A stretch of DNA of 64,000 bases from an uncultured Candidatus Bathyarchaeia archaeon (GTDB lineage: Archaea; Thermoproteota; Bathyarchaeia; 40CM-2-53-6; CAYOZM01). Both the position numbers and the translations under genes were made by a program. Positions 49,253 to 59,681 of this stretch are shown one piece after another. Position 1 is the first letter of the stretch; every line of letters starts with the position of its first letter. The stretch is taken from NCBI GenBank assembly GCA_964533795.1, contig CAZHMI010000001.1:51869-115868 (forward strand), in the 5' to 3' direction. The notes beneath the pieces were generated by a model. The model had not been told where the DNA came from, did not search any database, and saw only the letters and a program-made list of their open reading frames with translations.

Positions 49253-50776
49253 CTATTGCGGGGATGTGAAGTCCATCATATGTACCTCCAGCGTTTGGAG
49301 GTTTAGGAGCGGCAGCATTCCAGGAGTAGGGTCGAGACCCATCTTCCTCTGGTAGTCAGTTTGCGCCTGCCAAGCCCCGCAGTTCACAACGAGGGTTCCG
49401 CGGTAGGTTTCATACTTGGTGACGTGTATATGACCTGATTGAAATACGTCCGGCGGGGTTTCCACGACAAGATCGTCCTCTGCTTCTGGCGCGATCGTAG
49501 TCCTTTTGCCGTACTCGGGCGCTAGATGCCTGCATTTGAGTAGGAGCTCCATCGCCTTCTCTGGGGTTTGAAAGCTGAGATTAGGGAAAGTTGCTACAAC
49601 ATCATCTAAACTTCTTCCATGATAGAGTAGAAAGTGTACATTGTGCAATTTTATTTCCGCTGGATTTCCTAGCGATATGACGTCTCTAGACGTGTAGATT
49701 GGGTCAGCGAACTCTCTCGGTATCGCAGGTTGCGGAAGCGCTTGTCTAACCGCGTCATGGTTACCAGGAATCAAGACGACATCTATGTAGTCTGGTATCT
49801 GTTCTATGTATTGCGCGACTAGTTTGTACTGCTCACGGGCATCCTTTATGCTCAGTTCATCCTCTTGCCTTGGATACACGCCGATTCCGTCAACCAAGTC
49901 TCCAACAATTATCGCATATTTCGTGCTCTCCGCGATCTCTGTTTGCTTCTGCCCCCCTATCTTTCCGTTGAGCCAAAGGACGAAACGATTGAAAGCATCC
50001 TCCAAGAAAGTTCTGCTTCCTACATGTATGTCGGAGAGAAGGGCTGCATAGACCGGCTCATCAGCGCGGTTAGCTCTCTTCTCGGGTATGTCAGGCAGGA
50101 TTATGTTTTGGCCTACGAACAAGTCTTCTCCTGCTCTGGTTGCTTCGATGCACACAACTTGGTCCAGCGGTGTTCTCTGTGCCGCCTCGACTAAAAGGCG
50201 GTCAGCTTCTGCTGGAATCAATACGGTAGCTACGTTCTCTAGGTCGTCAACTTGGAGAAAAATTCTTCTTCTCTTCTCCCTCTTCTCCATAACCATCGCG
50301 ATGAACTTCACTTTTTCGTTTAGGGGGGCTTCCAACGCTTCGCCGATAGTCCTCGCGTCTCTTACATCCAACCTTTCTCGCAGAATTCTACTGATCTTAT
50401 TGAATCTGTCTCGGAAGTGTTTGGTAAAGTCTTCTATGGTACCGCCTGACCCTATCACCTTCGTCGGGTCCCGTAGGATTTGAATTCTACTTTCCACTTC
50501 CTTCGCATAAGGAACTCGCGCTCTTAACGATTCCGTGGTTGGTGGCGTCACTAACTCCTTTTCCTTTCTCAGCCTCGCCGTAACACTCTCAACAATATCT
50601 TTCGTTACCATGATCGCCCTCGGTGTCAGCTGATTTGCTTCTTTGACTATCTCTTTCGTTACTTCCTCTAGCTCCTCTCGGTCTTGTAGGAGCTTCAGGA
50701 TCTCAAAGGCTTCTCTATCCAGCTGATATCCTGCCAAGAGGATTGTTTTGACCGCGGTCTTGAGACGCTCTGACAA
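49253..50776 (-). CDS. DNA polymerase II (PolD) small subunit DP1 (calcineurin-like exonuclease)
   Basis: Phosphoesterase motifs (LSDIHVGS; VGDLVDG; IPGNHD; LYHG; GHIH) and a DP1-type N-terminal region. Confidence 0.85.
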   Translation of the reverse strand: MSERLKTAVKTILLAGYQLDREAFEILKLLQDREELEEVTKEIVKEANQLTPRAIMVTKDIVESVTARLRKEKELVTPPTTESLRARVPYAKEVESRIQILRDPTKVIGSGGTIEDFTKHFRDRFNKISRILRERLDVRDARTIGEALEAPLNEKVKFIAMVMEKREKRRRIFLQVDDLENVATVLIPAEADRLLVEAAQRTPLDQVVCIEATRAGEDLFVGQNIILPDIPEKRANRADEPVYAALLSDIHVGSRTFLEDAFNRFVLWLNGKIGGQKQTEIAESTKYAIIVGDLVDGIGVYPRQEDELSIKDAREQYKLVAQYIEQIPDYIDVVLIPGNHDAVRQALPQPAIPREFADPIYTSRDVISLGNPAEIKLHNVHFLLYHGRSLDDVVATFPNLSFQTPEKAMELLLKCRHLAPEYGKRTTIAPEAEDDLVVETPPDVFQSGHIHVTKYETYRGTLVVNCGAWQAQTDYQRKMGLDPTPGMLPLLNLQTLEVHMMDFTSPQ

Positions 50777-51025
50777 TTTTTATGGGTCCCTTTATGACCT
50801 TCTAGTGTACTCTGTGGCTTTTAATCGTCTTCCTTGATATGGTTATCTTGAGGGATTCATCTGTTTCGCCGGGAATTGTTTTGCTCTGCTTTGAAGCGGA
50901 GCACGATATATCCGAGGCGGGATCCTAGATCCAAAATAACCACGCATATTTCTTTTTGTCTTATCGCTACTCCTTCTTGTAGGAAATATGTTTAATCCGT
51001 GGTTCCCACGTATTTGATTCGAGTC

Positions 51026-51141
51026 GCCGGGATGGCTGAGTGGTTAAAGCGACGGCCTCGAGATCTTTATACGGATGGGCCTGACAGGATAGCCGTTGGG
51101 CGCTTGCGCCCTCGAGGGTTCGAATCCCTCTCCCGGCGCCA
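51026..51141 (+). tRNA. tRNA-Ser (anticodon CGA), type II long variable arm, ~28-nt intron in the anticodon loop, encoded CCA
   Basis: Acceptor stem GCCGGGA/TCCCGGC; D arm GCT-GAGTGGTTAA-AGC; anticodon stem ACGGC/GCCGT with loop CTCGAGA, interrupted by an intron at ~51064-51091; variable arm GGGCGCTTGCGCCC; T arm GAGGG-TTCGAAT-CCCTC; then G-CCA. Confidence 0.7.
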
Positions 51142-51224
51142 CGCTCCATCTTCGTTTGGCAAACCGCTTGCTTTTCAGTATCACAACGCGCTACTGGACA
51201 TGTTTTGAAGGCGGTGAACACGAT

Positions 51225-51881
51225 CTACGCTCGCGTTCTGAGCGTCTTCGCCGCTACGGTAAACACATGTTCGCCTTTAGCGTTGGACCCCCAGTAGGTC
51301 AACAGCTTCACACTTTCAGGATTGAGAGTGAACCCTCTTTTCGTTTCCCCATCAACCGCATCTTCGTCCAGCGAGGCTGTCAATACCCTGCCGACGACAA
51401 GCCCGCCGTCGCCCAACTCCTTTGTAAACTCTACAGCGCACTCCATGTGTAACTTACACTCTTTGATGCGAGGAGGCTTGACTCGTTCCGAGGAGATCGG
51501 CGTCAAACCAGATATCTTCAGCTTATCGGTTCCCTTCGGGTAGCCTTTTGAGGTCGCAAGCAACGGCTTCAACAATTCTTCACCCGGCAGATTCACCACG
51601 AACTCCCGCGTAGCCAGAGCATTCTTCCAAGTCTTATGCTCAAGGTCAGAGGCAAACGCGATTAACCAAGGATTGACGGAAACGCCAATGACCCATCCAT
51701 AGGGCGCAGCGTTAGGCGTACCCTTCTCGTCTATCGTCGTTATTATCGTTGTGGTCGTTGGAAGAAGCTTCCAATTCTCAGAATTCAGTTCTTTGGGAAA
51801 GACGACCTTGGTCAAAACACCTTCCTCATCCGCTTGCTTAGAGGCTAACACAGATTCATGATTTGAAACTTTTGCGTACAC
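51225..51881 (-). CDS. Flavin reductase-like FMN-binding domain protein
   Basis: Loose match to the split-barrel flavin reductase domain (TTTIITTIDEKGTPNAAPYGW...VNLPG). Confidence 0.5.
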   Translation of the reverse strand: MYAKVSNHESVLASKQADEEGVLTKVVFPKELNSENWKLLPTTTTIITTIDEKGTPNAAPYGWVIGVSVNPWLIAFASDLEHKTWKNALATREFVVNLPGEELLKPLLATSKGYPKGTDKLKISGLTPISSERVKPPRIKECKLHMECAVEFTKELGDGGLVVGRVLTASLDEDAVDGETKRGFTLNPESVKLLTYWGSNAKGEHVFTVAAKTLRTRA

Positions 51882-52039
51882 AGGGCAAGAAACCCATGGT
51901 TTTGGCTAGAGGCCCGTTATCAGCGGGCTGTTCCGACTAAACCTGATCGAAAATCATATAAATTTCGAAAATCACACAAATTCTCTGTTAATCAATTACG
52001 AAAACTCTAAGGCAATAACAAACACTGGAGAGATTTAAG

Positions 52040-53635
52040 ATGCGACGCGGAACAAAGATAGGAGTTGCGATCGTTATTATCGTCATAGTCGCGCTTGGTG
52101 CATGGTGGTACTACCAGTCGATTCCGACTGTTCCAGCTACTGATCTTGATACGCTAGTCTTCGCGGTCCCCTCAGATCCCAGATCATTCGATCCAGCGGT
52201 CGTATTGGATGACTCGATGAGACAACTAGCCCCTATGTACGAGGCTCTTACTCACGTGACGCCTGATGGGAAGGCAGAGCCCCGCTTGGCAACATCTTGG
52301 GAAGCGTCTCCTGACGGCATGGTCTGGACATTCCATCTTAGACAAGGCGTGAAGTTTCACGACGGCACACCATTTAACGCCACCGCGGTGGAGTTCAACT
52401 ACGATAGAATATTGACGATAAATCAAGCGGGATCATACATGCTTTATTGCGTTAACAAGACAGAGATAATCGACCCGTACACGATAAGATTCACCTTAAA
52501 CTGGCCGACCCCATTCGACTATGTCGTAGGCGCCGCATATACGCTCTACATTTTGAGTCCAACGTACGTTCTCGCGCATGAGGAGAATGGCGACCTAGGA
52601 CGCGCTTGGATGGATGAGCACACATGCGGGACCGGGCCGTATCAGCTTGACAGCTGGGTCCATGGACAGCAGGTGACACTACTGAAGTTCGATGGATACT
52701 GGGGAGGTTGGGAAGGCAAACACGTAAGCAAGATAATCATCAAGGTGATTCGCGATCCAAGTACAGCTGAGATTGCGCTCAAGAAAGGAGAGTTGGACGC
52801 AGTATACTATGACATAATTCCGTACGACAAGTACGAGGAACTGAAAAAAGATCCGAACATAAAGGTGGAGATGGACCCAAGCTTCAATACGCTTTACTTT
52901 AGGCTGAACACCATAAAACCACCTCTCGACGACGTGAGAGTCAGGAAGGCTATCTCGTACGCGTTCCCATACGATGATGCGAGAACCTCGATCTTCTTAG
53001 GAGGAGTTGAACAAATGCAAGGACCACTTCCATCCGACTTCTGGGGTCACGACGACGCGTTGCCCAAATATACATATGACTTAGAAAAGGCGAAACAGCT
53101 TCTGAGTGAGGCTGGGTATCCGAGTGGCGGGTTCACCCTAACTATGTACTATTACTCTGGCGTCGACCACCTAAGAAGATGCGTAGAACTTTTCGCCAGC
53201 AGTCTATCCAAACTGGGGATCACCCTAGACGCGCGGGGCTTTCCATTCGACGAGCTGTTTCCTCTTTGCGTAGACCCAGATACCGCTCCACATATCAGCG
53301 TTCACAACTGGGATCCTAGCTACGCAGACCCCTTCGACTATCTCTACGGAATGTTCCACACAGACTCCATAGGAATCTTCAACTGGGCGTTCTACAAGAA
53401 CTCTGACTTTGACAACCTGATAATAGAGGGCAATGCAATCGCGGGAACCGACAAAGAAGCAGCTATCGAAAAGTATAAGCAAGCACAGGCAATACTGGTA
53501 GAAGACGCTCCAACAATCTTCCTATTCCAACTTAACTACCATAGAATATCAAGAACGTGGGTACACGGATGGCAATTCAACCCATACTATCAATACCATA
53601 TAGACTACTATCACATCTACAAAGAAGTCGTTTAG
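52040..53635 (+). CDS. ABC transporter substrate-binding protein, family 5 (peptide/nickel, DppA/OppA-like)
   Basis: N-terminal TM/signal anchor; SBP_bac_5-type length (531 aa) and motif pattern. Confidence 0.85.
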   Translation: MRRGTKIGVAIVIIVIVALGAWWYYQSIPTVPATDLDTLVFAVPSDPRSFDPAVVLDDSMRQLAPMYEALTHVTPDGKAEPRLATSWEASPDGMVWTFHLRQGVKFHDGTPFNATAVEFNYDRILTINQAGSYMLYCVNKTEIIDPYTIRFTLNWPTPFDYVVGAAYTLYILSPTYVLAHEENGDLGRAWMDEHTCGTGPYQLDSWVHGQQVTLLKFDGYWGGWEGKHVSKIIIKVIRDPSTAEIALKKGELDAVYYDIIPYDKYEELKKDPNIKVEMDPSFNTLYFRLNTIKPPLDDVRVRKAISYAFPYDDARTSIFLGGVEQMQGPLPSDFWGHDDALPKYTYDLEKAKQLLSEAGYPSGGFTLTMYYYSGVDHLRRCVELFASSLSKLGITLDARGFPFDELFPLCVDPDTAPHISVHNWDPSYADPFDYLYGMFHTDSIGIFNWAFYKNSDFDNLIIEGNAIAGTDKEAAIEKYKQAQAILVEDAPTIFLFQLNYHRISRTWVHGWQFNPYYQYHIDYYHIYKEVV

Positions 53636-53714
53636 AGCAACAAGCGCGTAAGACGACCAACAACCACTCCTCATTTTTTCGAAAGAAATATGTCATAGCT
53701 AACATCCTATTGCA

Positions 53715-54746
53715 GTGGACATGATGAAGTTCAGATACTATGTTGCAAGACGAATTATAGCGATGCTCATCGTCTTGCTCGGCGTATCACTCATAACCTT
53801 CTCGATAACACGTATAGTCCCAAGCGACCCAGCCAGACTCTGGGTAGGCACTAGAGCAACGGAACAGCAGATAGAGCAGGCTAGACATGAACTTGGTTTA
53901 GACCAACCTTTACACACCCAATACTTCATCTATCTAGATGATCTCCTTCATGGCGACTTGGGCGTCTCAATGCACAGTCGACGTTCCGTCGTCGAAGATA
54001 TTAGAGACTATTTTCCAGCTACTTTCGAGTTGACCAATCTTGCGATGATTCTTGCAGTAGCCATAGGCCTTCCTCTAGGCATAATCTCTGCAACAAAAAG
54101 AGACACAAAGACGGATCATGCCGTCAGAGTATTCTCGCTATGGGGCGTCTCTATGCCTGTCTTCTGGCTGGGTTTACTGCTTCAACTGTTACTTAGTAGT
54201 ACGCTCCACATCTTGCCGACCACGGGGAGAGTCGACCCTTTTGTAAACCTCCAAAGCCCATTAAGAACGATCACTGGCATGTATACAGTCGACAGTTTGC
54301 TGACTGGGAACTTCCTAGTTTTCATCAGCACACTTCAACATATGATAATGCCAGCGTTCGCGCTCTCATATAGCTCGCTAGTTATAATTACCAGAATCAC
54401 ACGCTCATCAATGCTAGAGGTTTTGAGGCAGGACTACATCAAGACAGCTAGGTCTAAAGGTCTCGCTGAGAGAACGGTTATTTACAAACATGCTTTGAAA
54501 AACGCTATGATTCCAACAACAACTGTCGTGGGATTAACTTACGGTTTTCTATTGGGAGGCTCCGTTTTAGTCGAGTCAATTTTCGATTGGCCGGGCATAG
54601 GCCTCTATGCTGTAGGATCGACTTTGCTCATAGACTATCCAGCAATAATGGGGGTCACGTTACTGTTGGCGCTGGTATACAGCGTGGTCAATCTTGTAGT
54701 CGACATACTGTACGCCTTCCTAGATCCGCGAATTAGATATGGGTGA
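53715..54746 (+). CDS. ABC transporter permease (DppB/OppB-like)
   Basis: Six TM helices and an EAA-like loop (IKTARSKGLAERTV). Confidence 0.85.
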   Translation: MDMMKFRYYVARRIIAMLIVLLGVSLITFSITRIVPSDPARLWVGTRATEQQIEQARHELGLDQPLHTQYFIYLDDLLHGDLGVSMHSRRSVVEDIRDYFPATFELTNLAMILAVAIGLPLGIISATKRDTKTDHAVRVFSLWGVSMPVFWLGLLLQLLLSSTLHILPTTGRVDPFVNLQSPLRTITGMYTVDSLLTGNFLVFISTLQHMIMPAFALSYSSLVIITRITRSSMLEVLRQDYIKTARSKGLAERTVIYKHALKNAMIPTTTVVGLTYGFLLGGSVLVESIFDWPGIGLYAVGSTLLIDYPAIMGVTLLLALVYSVVNLVVDILYAFLDPRIRYG

Positions 54747-55650
54747 AATTTTGGAAACGCTCGGAGCCAAGATCAAGAGACGGATAAGAAGGCTGGGGCT
54801 ACGAGGAGAAGAATGCTCTGTCCTCTTCGATCTCTTGAAGAAGAATCCTCTATCTTTAGCTGGCATAATCATAGTATTCAGCCTAATCCTTGTAGCAGTA
54901 TTCGCGCCGTTAATCGCCCCGTATCCTAGCGACGTGACGGATGTCCATTTGGAAAGAAGCCTTAGACCTATGAGTTGGGAACATCCCTTTGGCACAGACG
55001 ACATGGGCCGGGACATATTCAGTAGAGTCATCCTTGGGAGTCGAATATCGCTTGAGATAGCAGTCGTAGTCATCGCAGTATCGCTTGCAGTCGGTATACC
55101 CTTGGGCGCAATCGCGGGTTACACGGGCAGCTGGATTGACGAGACAATCATGCGGCTCACAGATATGTTTCTGGCTTTTCCTTCAATTCTACTTGCAATG
55201 GCTATAGCCGCCGCGCTCGGGCCTTCTCTTACAAATACTATGATCGCAATCTCGCTCACGTGGTGGCCGTGGTACACTAGACTTGTGCGAGGCCAAGCGC
55301 TCTCGATCCGTGAACGGACGTTCGTTGAAGCCGCGAAAGCTATGGGTGTAAGCCAGAAACGCATAATCTTCCAACACATCCTGCCACACACGTTCAGTTC
55401 TATTATTGTCCAAATCTCAATGGACGTTGGATACGTCATCCTAACGGCTGCAGGTCTAGGATTCGTAGGGTTAGGCGCTCAACCTCCAGCACCTGAATGG
55501 GGCTTAATGATAAGCATAGGGCGAACATTCATGCCTCAATGGTGGTGGTACGCAACCTTTCCTGGACTTGCAATAATGATTGTAGTTTTGGGCTTCAACT
55601 TCCTCGGAGACGCATTAAGAGACATAATGGACCCTAGACTTAGAAGATAG
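54739..55650 (+). CDS. ABC transporter permease (DppC/OppC-like)
   Basis: EAA-like loop FVEAAKAMGVSQKRIIFQHILP; overlaps the preceding gene by 8 bp. Confidence 0.85.
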   Translation: MGEILETLGAKIKRRIRRLGLRGEECSVLFDLLKKNPLSLAGIIIVFSLILVAVFAPLIAPYPSDVTDVHLERSLRPMSWEHPFGTDDMGRDIFSRVILGSRISLEIAVVVIAVSLAVGIPLGAIAGYTGSWIDETIMRLTDMFLAFPSILLAMAIAAALGPSLTNTMIAISLTWWPWYTRLVRGQALSIRERTFVEAAKAMGVSQKRIIFQHILPHTFSSIIVQISMDVGYVILTAAGLGFVGLGAQPPAPEWGLMISIGRTFMPQWWWYATFPGLAIMIVVLGFNFLGDALRDIMDPRLRR

Positions 55651-55692
55651 GAGGGCGCTTCACCTACGGAAAGTAGACAGCCATCTGAACCT

Positions 55693-56658
55693 TTGCTGAA
55701 AATCGAAGGACTGAAAACGTACTTTTACACCTACAAAGGCTTGATCAAGGCAGTTGACGGCGTCGACCTAGAGATAGGCAAAGGAGAGATATTCGGACTA
55801 GTTGGAGAAAGCGGCTGCGGCAAATCTACAGTCGCTTTATCAACCATAAGGCTCGTCAGCTGGCCTCCAGGCAAGATAGTTGATGGAAGAATACTCTTCG
55901 AAGGCGAAGATCTTCTACAGAAGACAGACGAGGAAATAAGGCGCATCAGGGGAAGTAAGATCTCAATGATTTTCCAAGAGCCGACGACATCGCTTAACCC
56001 AGTGTTGACGATTGGGGATCAGATAGCTGAAGCTATTGTGCTTCATCAAAACGCGGACAAGGATACAGCGAAAAGGAAGACACTTGAGATGCTGAATAAA
56101 GTTCGGATTGCAGACCCTAAGAGAGTTTTCAGACAGTATCCGCATGAGCTAAGCGGCGGTATGATGCAAAGAGCGATGATTGCGATCGCTCTTTCTTGCA
56201 ACCCGAGACTACTTATAGCTGACGAACCTACCACCTCTCTCGACGTTACAATAGGCTTCGAGATCCTACAGCTAATCAAGGAATTGGTCAACAGCATCGG
56301 AGCTTCCGTCATGCTGATAACGCATGACTTGGGGATTGTCGCTGAAATCTGCGACAAAGTAGCTGTGATGTACGCTGGACACGTAGTAGAGAAGAGTGAT
56401 GTGAAGAGACTTTTTGAGAATCCTAGGCACCCGTATACCAAAGGCCTACTCGCTTCTCTTCCCAGCAGGTCAGGGCTTCTAGAGGAGAAGAAAAGTTTAC
56501 TCCACGTAATCAGAGGGTCTGTACCGGATTTGATAAACCCGCCTCAAGGATGCCGATTTCATCCGCGATGCGAGTCGGTAAAGGAGGCATGTACGAAAGG
56601 TAAACCACGCCTTCTTGAGGTGGAGCGAGGACATTACATCGCCTGTCATATGCAATAG
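55693..56658 (+). CDS. ABC transporter ATP-binding protein (DppD/OppD-like)
   Basis: Walker A GESGCGKST, signature LSGGMMQR, Walker B LLIADEPTT, and an oligopeptide C-terminal domain. Confidence 0.9.
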   Translation: MLKIEGLKTYFYTYKGLIKAVDGVDLEIGKGEIFGLVGESGCGKSTVALSTIRLVSWPPGKIVDGRILFEGEDLLQKTDEEIRRIRGSKISMIFQEPTTSLNPVLTIGDQIAEAIVLHQNADKDTAKRKTLEMLNKVRIADPKRVFRQYPHELSGGMMQRAMIAIALSCNPRLLIADEPTTSLDVTIGFEILQLIKELVNSIGASVMLITHDLGIVAEICDKVAVMYAGHVVEKSDVKRLFENPRHPYTKGLLASLPSRSGLLEEKKSLLHVIRGSVPDLINPPQGCRFHPRCESVKEACTKGKPRLLEVERGHYIACHMQ

Positions 56659-56667
56659 CGAAGGATA

Positions 56668-57639
56668 GTGGTTAAAATGGCAGATGCGATTCTTGAGGTC
56701 AAAAACTTGAAGAAGTATTTCCCGGTTAAGGGCGGCTTCTTCTCGAGGACTCTCTCATACTTACGTGCTGTTGATGGCGTAGATCTGACAATTAACAGGG
56801 GAGAAACGCTAGGCGTGGTAGGAGAGTCAGGTTGCGGCAAGACAACTCTGGCAAGAACCATCATGCATCTTGTCGAACCTACAGAAGGGGAAATCTATTT
56901 TGAAGGGAGAAATCTGCGGAAGCCAGACGAAATGAAGAAAGCAAGAAGGAACATGCAGATGGTATTTCAGGATCCCTTCTCTTCTCTCGACCCTCGAATG
57001 AAGGTCAAAGATCTATTGTATGAACCGATAATCGCTCAGGGTGGCGAGGAGAAGGAAGCGCTTAAGGAAAGAGTTCCAACACTCTTAAGGACGGTTGGAC
57101 TTGAACAATGGCATCTGGACAGCTTTCCTCATGAGTTCAGTGGAGGCCAGAAGCAGAGGATAGCCGTAGCAAGGGCACTGACACTCAATCCAAGTTTCCT
57201 TATACTGGACGAACCGACATCTTTCCTCGATGTTTCTGTTCAAGCACAGATATTGAATCTTCTTCAGAAAATACAAAGTGACTTCAAGCTTTCCTACATG
57301 TTCATCTCTCACAATCTCAGAGTGGTCGCCCATATGAGCGATAAGGTCGCAATCATGTACTCGGGGAACATCGTGGAGAAGGGGCGTGCAGAGGATATCT
57401 TCAAGGCACCATCTCATCCATATACGGAAGCTCTATTCTCAGCTGTTCCGATTCCTGACCCAAATTATAGAAGGACTAGAATAACTCTGAGAGGGGAAGT
57501 GCCCAACCTAGTGAACCCTCCTCCCGGCTGCAAATTTAACCCAAGATGCCTAAGAGCAGATAAGATATGCTCACAGATGGTTCCAAGACTTGTGGAGGTA
57601 GGCGCTGACCACTTTGTAGCCTGCCACCATGCAGGCTGA
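56668..57639 (+). CDS. ABC transporter ATP-binding protein (DppF/OppF-like)
   Basis: Walker A GESGCGKTT, signature FSGGQKQR, Walker B LILDEPTS. Confidence 0.9.
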   Translation: MVKMADAILEVKNLKKYFPVKGGFFSRTLSYLRAVDGVDLTINRGETLGVVGESGCGKTTLARTIMHLVEPTEGEIYFEGRNLRKPDEMKKARRNMQMVFQDPFSSLDPRMKVKDLLYEPIIAQGGEEKEALKERVPTLLRTVGLEQWHLDSFPHEFSGGQKQRIAVARALTLNPSFLILDEPTSFLDVSVQAQILNLLQKIQSDFKLSYMFISHNLRVVAHMSDKVAIMYSGNIVEKGRAEDIFKAPSHPYTEALFSAVPIPDPNYRRTRITLRGEVPNLVNPPPGCKFNPRCLRADKICSQMVPRLVEVGADHFVACHHAG

Positions 57640-57723
57640 TCTCCATAGCTCTGTAAGCTTTAAAATGCTAAGTCATGTCCAGAAGGATGTTTATTTCACG
57701 AATCCATTTAAAGGCGGGGTATC

Positions 57724-58728
57724 TTGAGGCGCTTAGGCATCGGATTCACCGGCGATCTTAGAGCAACGGAGATCGCTCGATATGTTCAATTAGCTGAGAA
57801 TCTTGAGTACGAGTCTTTCTGGATGGCTGAGGACTACTATCTTAGAGACGCCATCTCAATACTTGCGTTTCTCTCACATATCACCAAGGAGATTGAACTT
57901 GGAGCAGGAATAATCAGTGCTTACACTCGGTCGCCAGTGGTCATAGCAGAGACTATGGCAACACTCGATGAGATATCGAATAGAAGAGCAATTCTTGGGA
58001 TAGGAGCTGGAGTTAAACCTCTTATTGAGAACATGGGAATTCAATTCCAAAAACCTCTGTCGGCTGTGCGAGAATGCGTGAGTATTATAAGAAGATTGAT
58101 TGCTGGCGAACAGGTTGACCACCGAGGGGTTAGCTTTGATATTCACGTCACGCTAGGAGTGAATCCATATACTCTCAACAAATTCACACCGATCAGAAGA
58201 TTCATTCCTATATACATTGGAGCAATCGGTCCCAAGATGTTGCAACTTGCCGGAGAAATAGGCGACGGCATCCTACTGACATCGGGGTTGTCTCCAAGAC
58301 AAGCAGCTCTTGCGGTTGAGAACGTTAAGATTGGAGCCGCGAAGAGCGGAAGAGACTTGAAGGTTGACATAGCTTGTTATATCCCGTCCTGCATTTCCTA
58401 TCGTGGTAGAATAGACAGTCTCGCCACCAAAGCATACCTAGCTCACGTCTTAGCAAATTCAAGCGAGGAATCTCTAAATCTAGATGGACTCGATCTTCGT
58501 GATGTGGTATCGATACGGCAGGCAGTAGACAAGGGGCGGTCTCGTGAAGCAGCACATCTAGTGACAGACGAAATGCTAGAGATTTACACAGCATCCGGTA
58601 CTCCCGAGAGAATCTGCGAGAGAATTGGAGAGTACCGATCGTCCGGCGTGACTTTACCTATCATATGCCCAACTGGCTCACAGATCAAACGCATAATTGA
58701 AGCCGCGTCGAAAATCATAATGGACTAA
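57724..58728 (+). CDS. LLM-class (luciferase-like) F420-dependent oxidoreductase
   Basis: The N-terminus ESFWMAEDYY and overall pattern match F420-dependent LLM TIM-barrel enzymes. Confidence 0.75.
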   Translation: MRRLGIGFTGDLRATEIARYVQLAENLEYESFWMAEDYYLRDAISILAFLSHITKEIELGAGIISAYTRSPVVIAETMATLDEISNRRAILGIGAGVKPLIENMGIQFQKPLSAVRECVSIIRRLIAGEQVDHRGVSFDIHVTLGVNPYTLNKFTPIRRFIPIYIGAIGPKMLQLAGEIGDGILLTSGLSPRQAALAVENVKIGAAKSGRDLKVDIACYIPSCISYRGRIDSLATKAYLAHVLANSSEESLNLDGLDLRDVVSIRQAVDKGRSREAAHLVTDEMLEIYTASGTPERICERIGEYRSSGVTLPIICPTGSQIKRIIEAASKIIMD

Positions 58729-58828
58729 GCACTTTCCAACATTTCTATCCTCGATTCATTTCACTCTTCAGGGCAACCTTAACGTACATCGCCTTAATAG
58801 AACAATACTAGATCGAATCCTAATTACG

Positions 58829-59677
58829 GTGACTTGTTTGAAAACCAAATTCATTTCAGCAGCCCATCCACGAACGAAAGCAGGCCGGCAGTACCATATC
58901 GGATGTAAGAGAGGCGATGTCGGCCGATACATCTTTCTGCTAGGCGATCCCGATAGAGTTCCAAAGATTGCTGAGTTCTTGGACGCACCTCAACAAATTT
59001 CTTCACATCGGGAGTATAAGGTGTGGACCGGACGGCTGGATGGAATTATCGTTTCGGCGTGCTCTACTGGCATCGGCGGCCCAGCAACGGCAATCGCATT
59101 TGAAGAACTGGCAGCAATAGGCGCGGACACATTTGTTCGTGTTGGAACGTGCGGCGCTCTTCAGAAAGAAATTCGATGCGGAGACTTTGTCATCTCAACT
59201 GCTGCTATGAGGCTTGATGGAACAAGCAAACAGTACGTGCAACCCGAGTATCCAGCAGCAGCTAACTACGAGATAGTTCTCAGTCTTATAGAGGCTGCTG
59301 AGAAACTCGGCTATCGTTATCATGTCGGATGTACCGCGTCTTCAGACAGCTTTTACGTGGGCCAAGGAAGACCTGGGTTTAATGGATACCTTCCTTTGGG
59401 CGCAGAAAAAATTGTGGAAACCCTGAGCAGGGTAAACATCTTGAATTTCGAGATGGAAGCTGCGACGATCTTTACGCTTGCAGGAATATACGGGTTGAGA
59501 GCTGGTGCTGTCTGCGCGGTATACGCGAACCGTATCACGAATAGATTCGAGACCAAGGGCGAAGAGGAAGTTTGCAAAGTCGCTGTCGAAGCCCTGAGAA
59601 TTCTTTCACGATGGGATGAAGAACGTGTAAAGAAACGGAAGCAGTGTTGGTATCCGAGCTTGGTTTTCAGAAGGTGA
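58829..59677 (+). CDS. PNP/UDP-family nucleoside phosphorylase (uridine/purine nucleoside phosphorylase-like)
   Basis: GDPDRV ... VRVGTCGAL ... EMEAAT motifs of the PNP_UDP_1 family. Confidence 0.8.
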   Translation: MTCLKTKFISAAHPRTKAGRQYHIGCKRGDVGRYIFLLGDPDRVPKIAEFLDAPQQISSHREYKVWTGRLDGIIVSACSTGIGGPATAIAFEELAAIGADTFVRVGTCGALQKEIRCGDFVISTAAMRLDGTSKQYVQPEYPAAANYEIVLSLIEAAEKLGYRYHVGCTASSDSFYVGQGRPGFNGYLPLGAEKIVETLSRVNILNFEMEAATIFTLAGIYGLRAGAVCAVYANRITNRFETKGEEEVCKVAVEALRILSRWDEERVKKRKQCWYPSLVFRR

Positions 59678-59681
59678 AGAG

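Noticed and set aside
50967-51221. ORFs 50999..51208 (+) and 50967..51221 (-) of 69-84 aa
   Set aside because: They are fully occupied by the tRNA-Ser gene and its flanks, so they are not coding.
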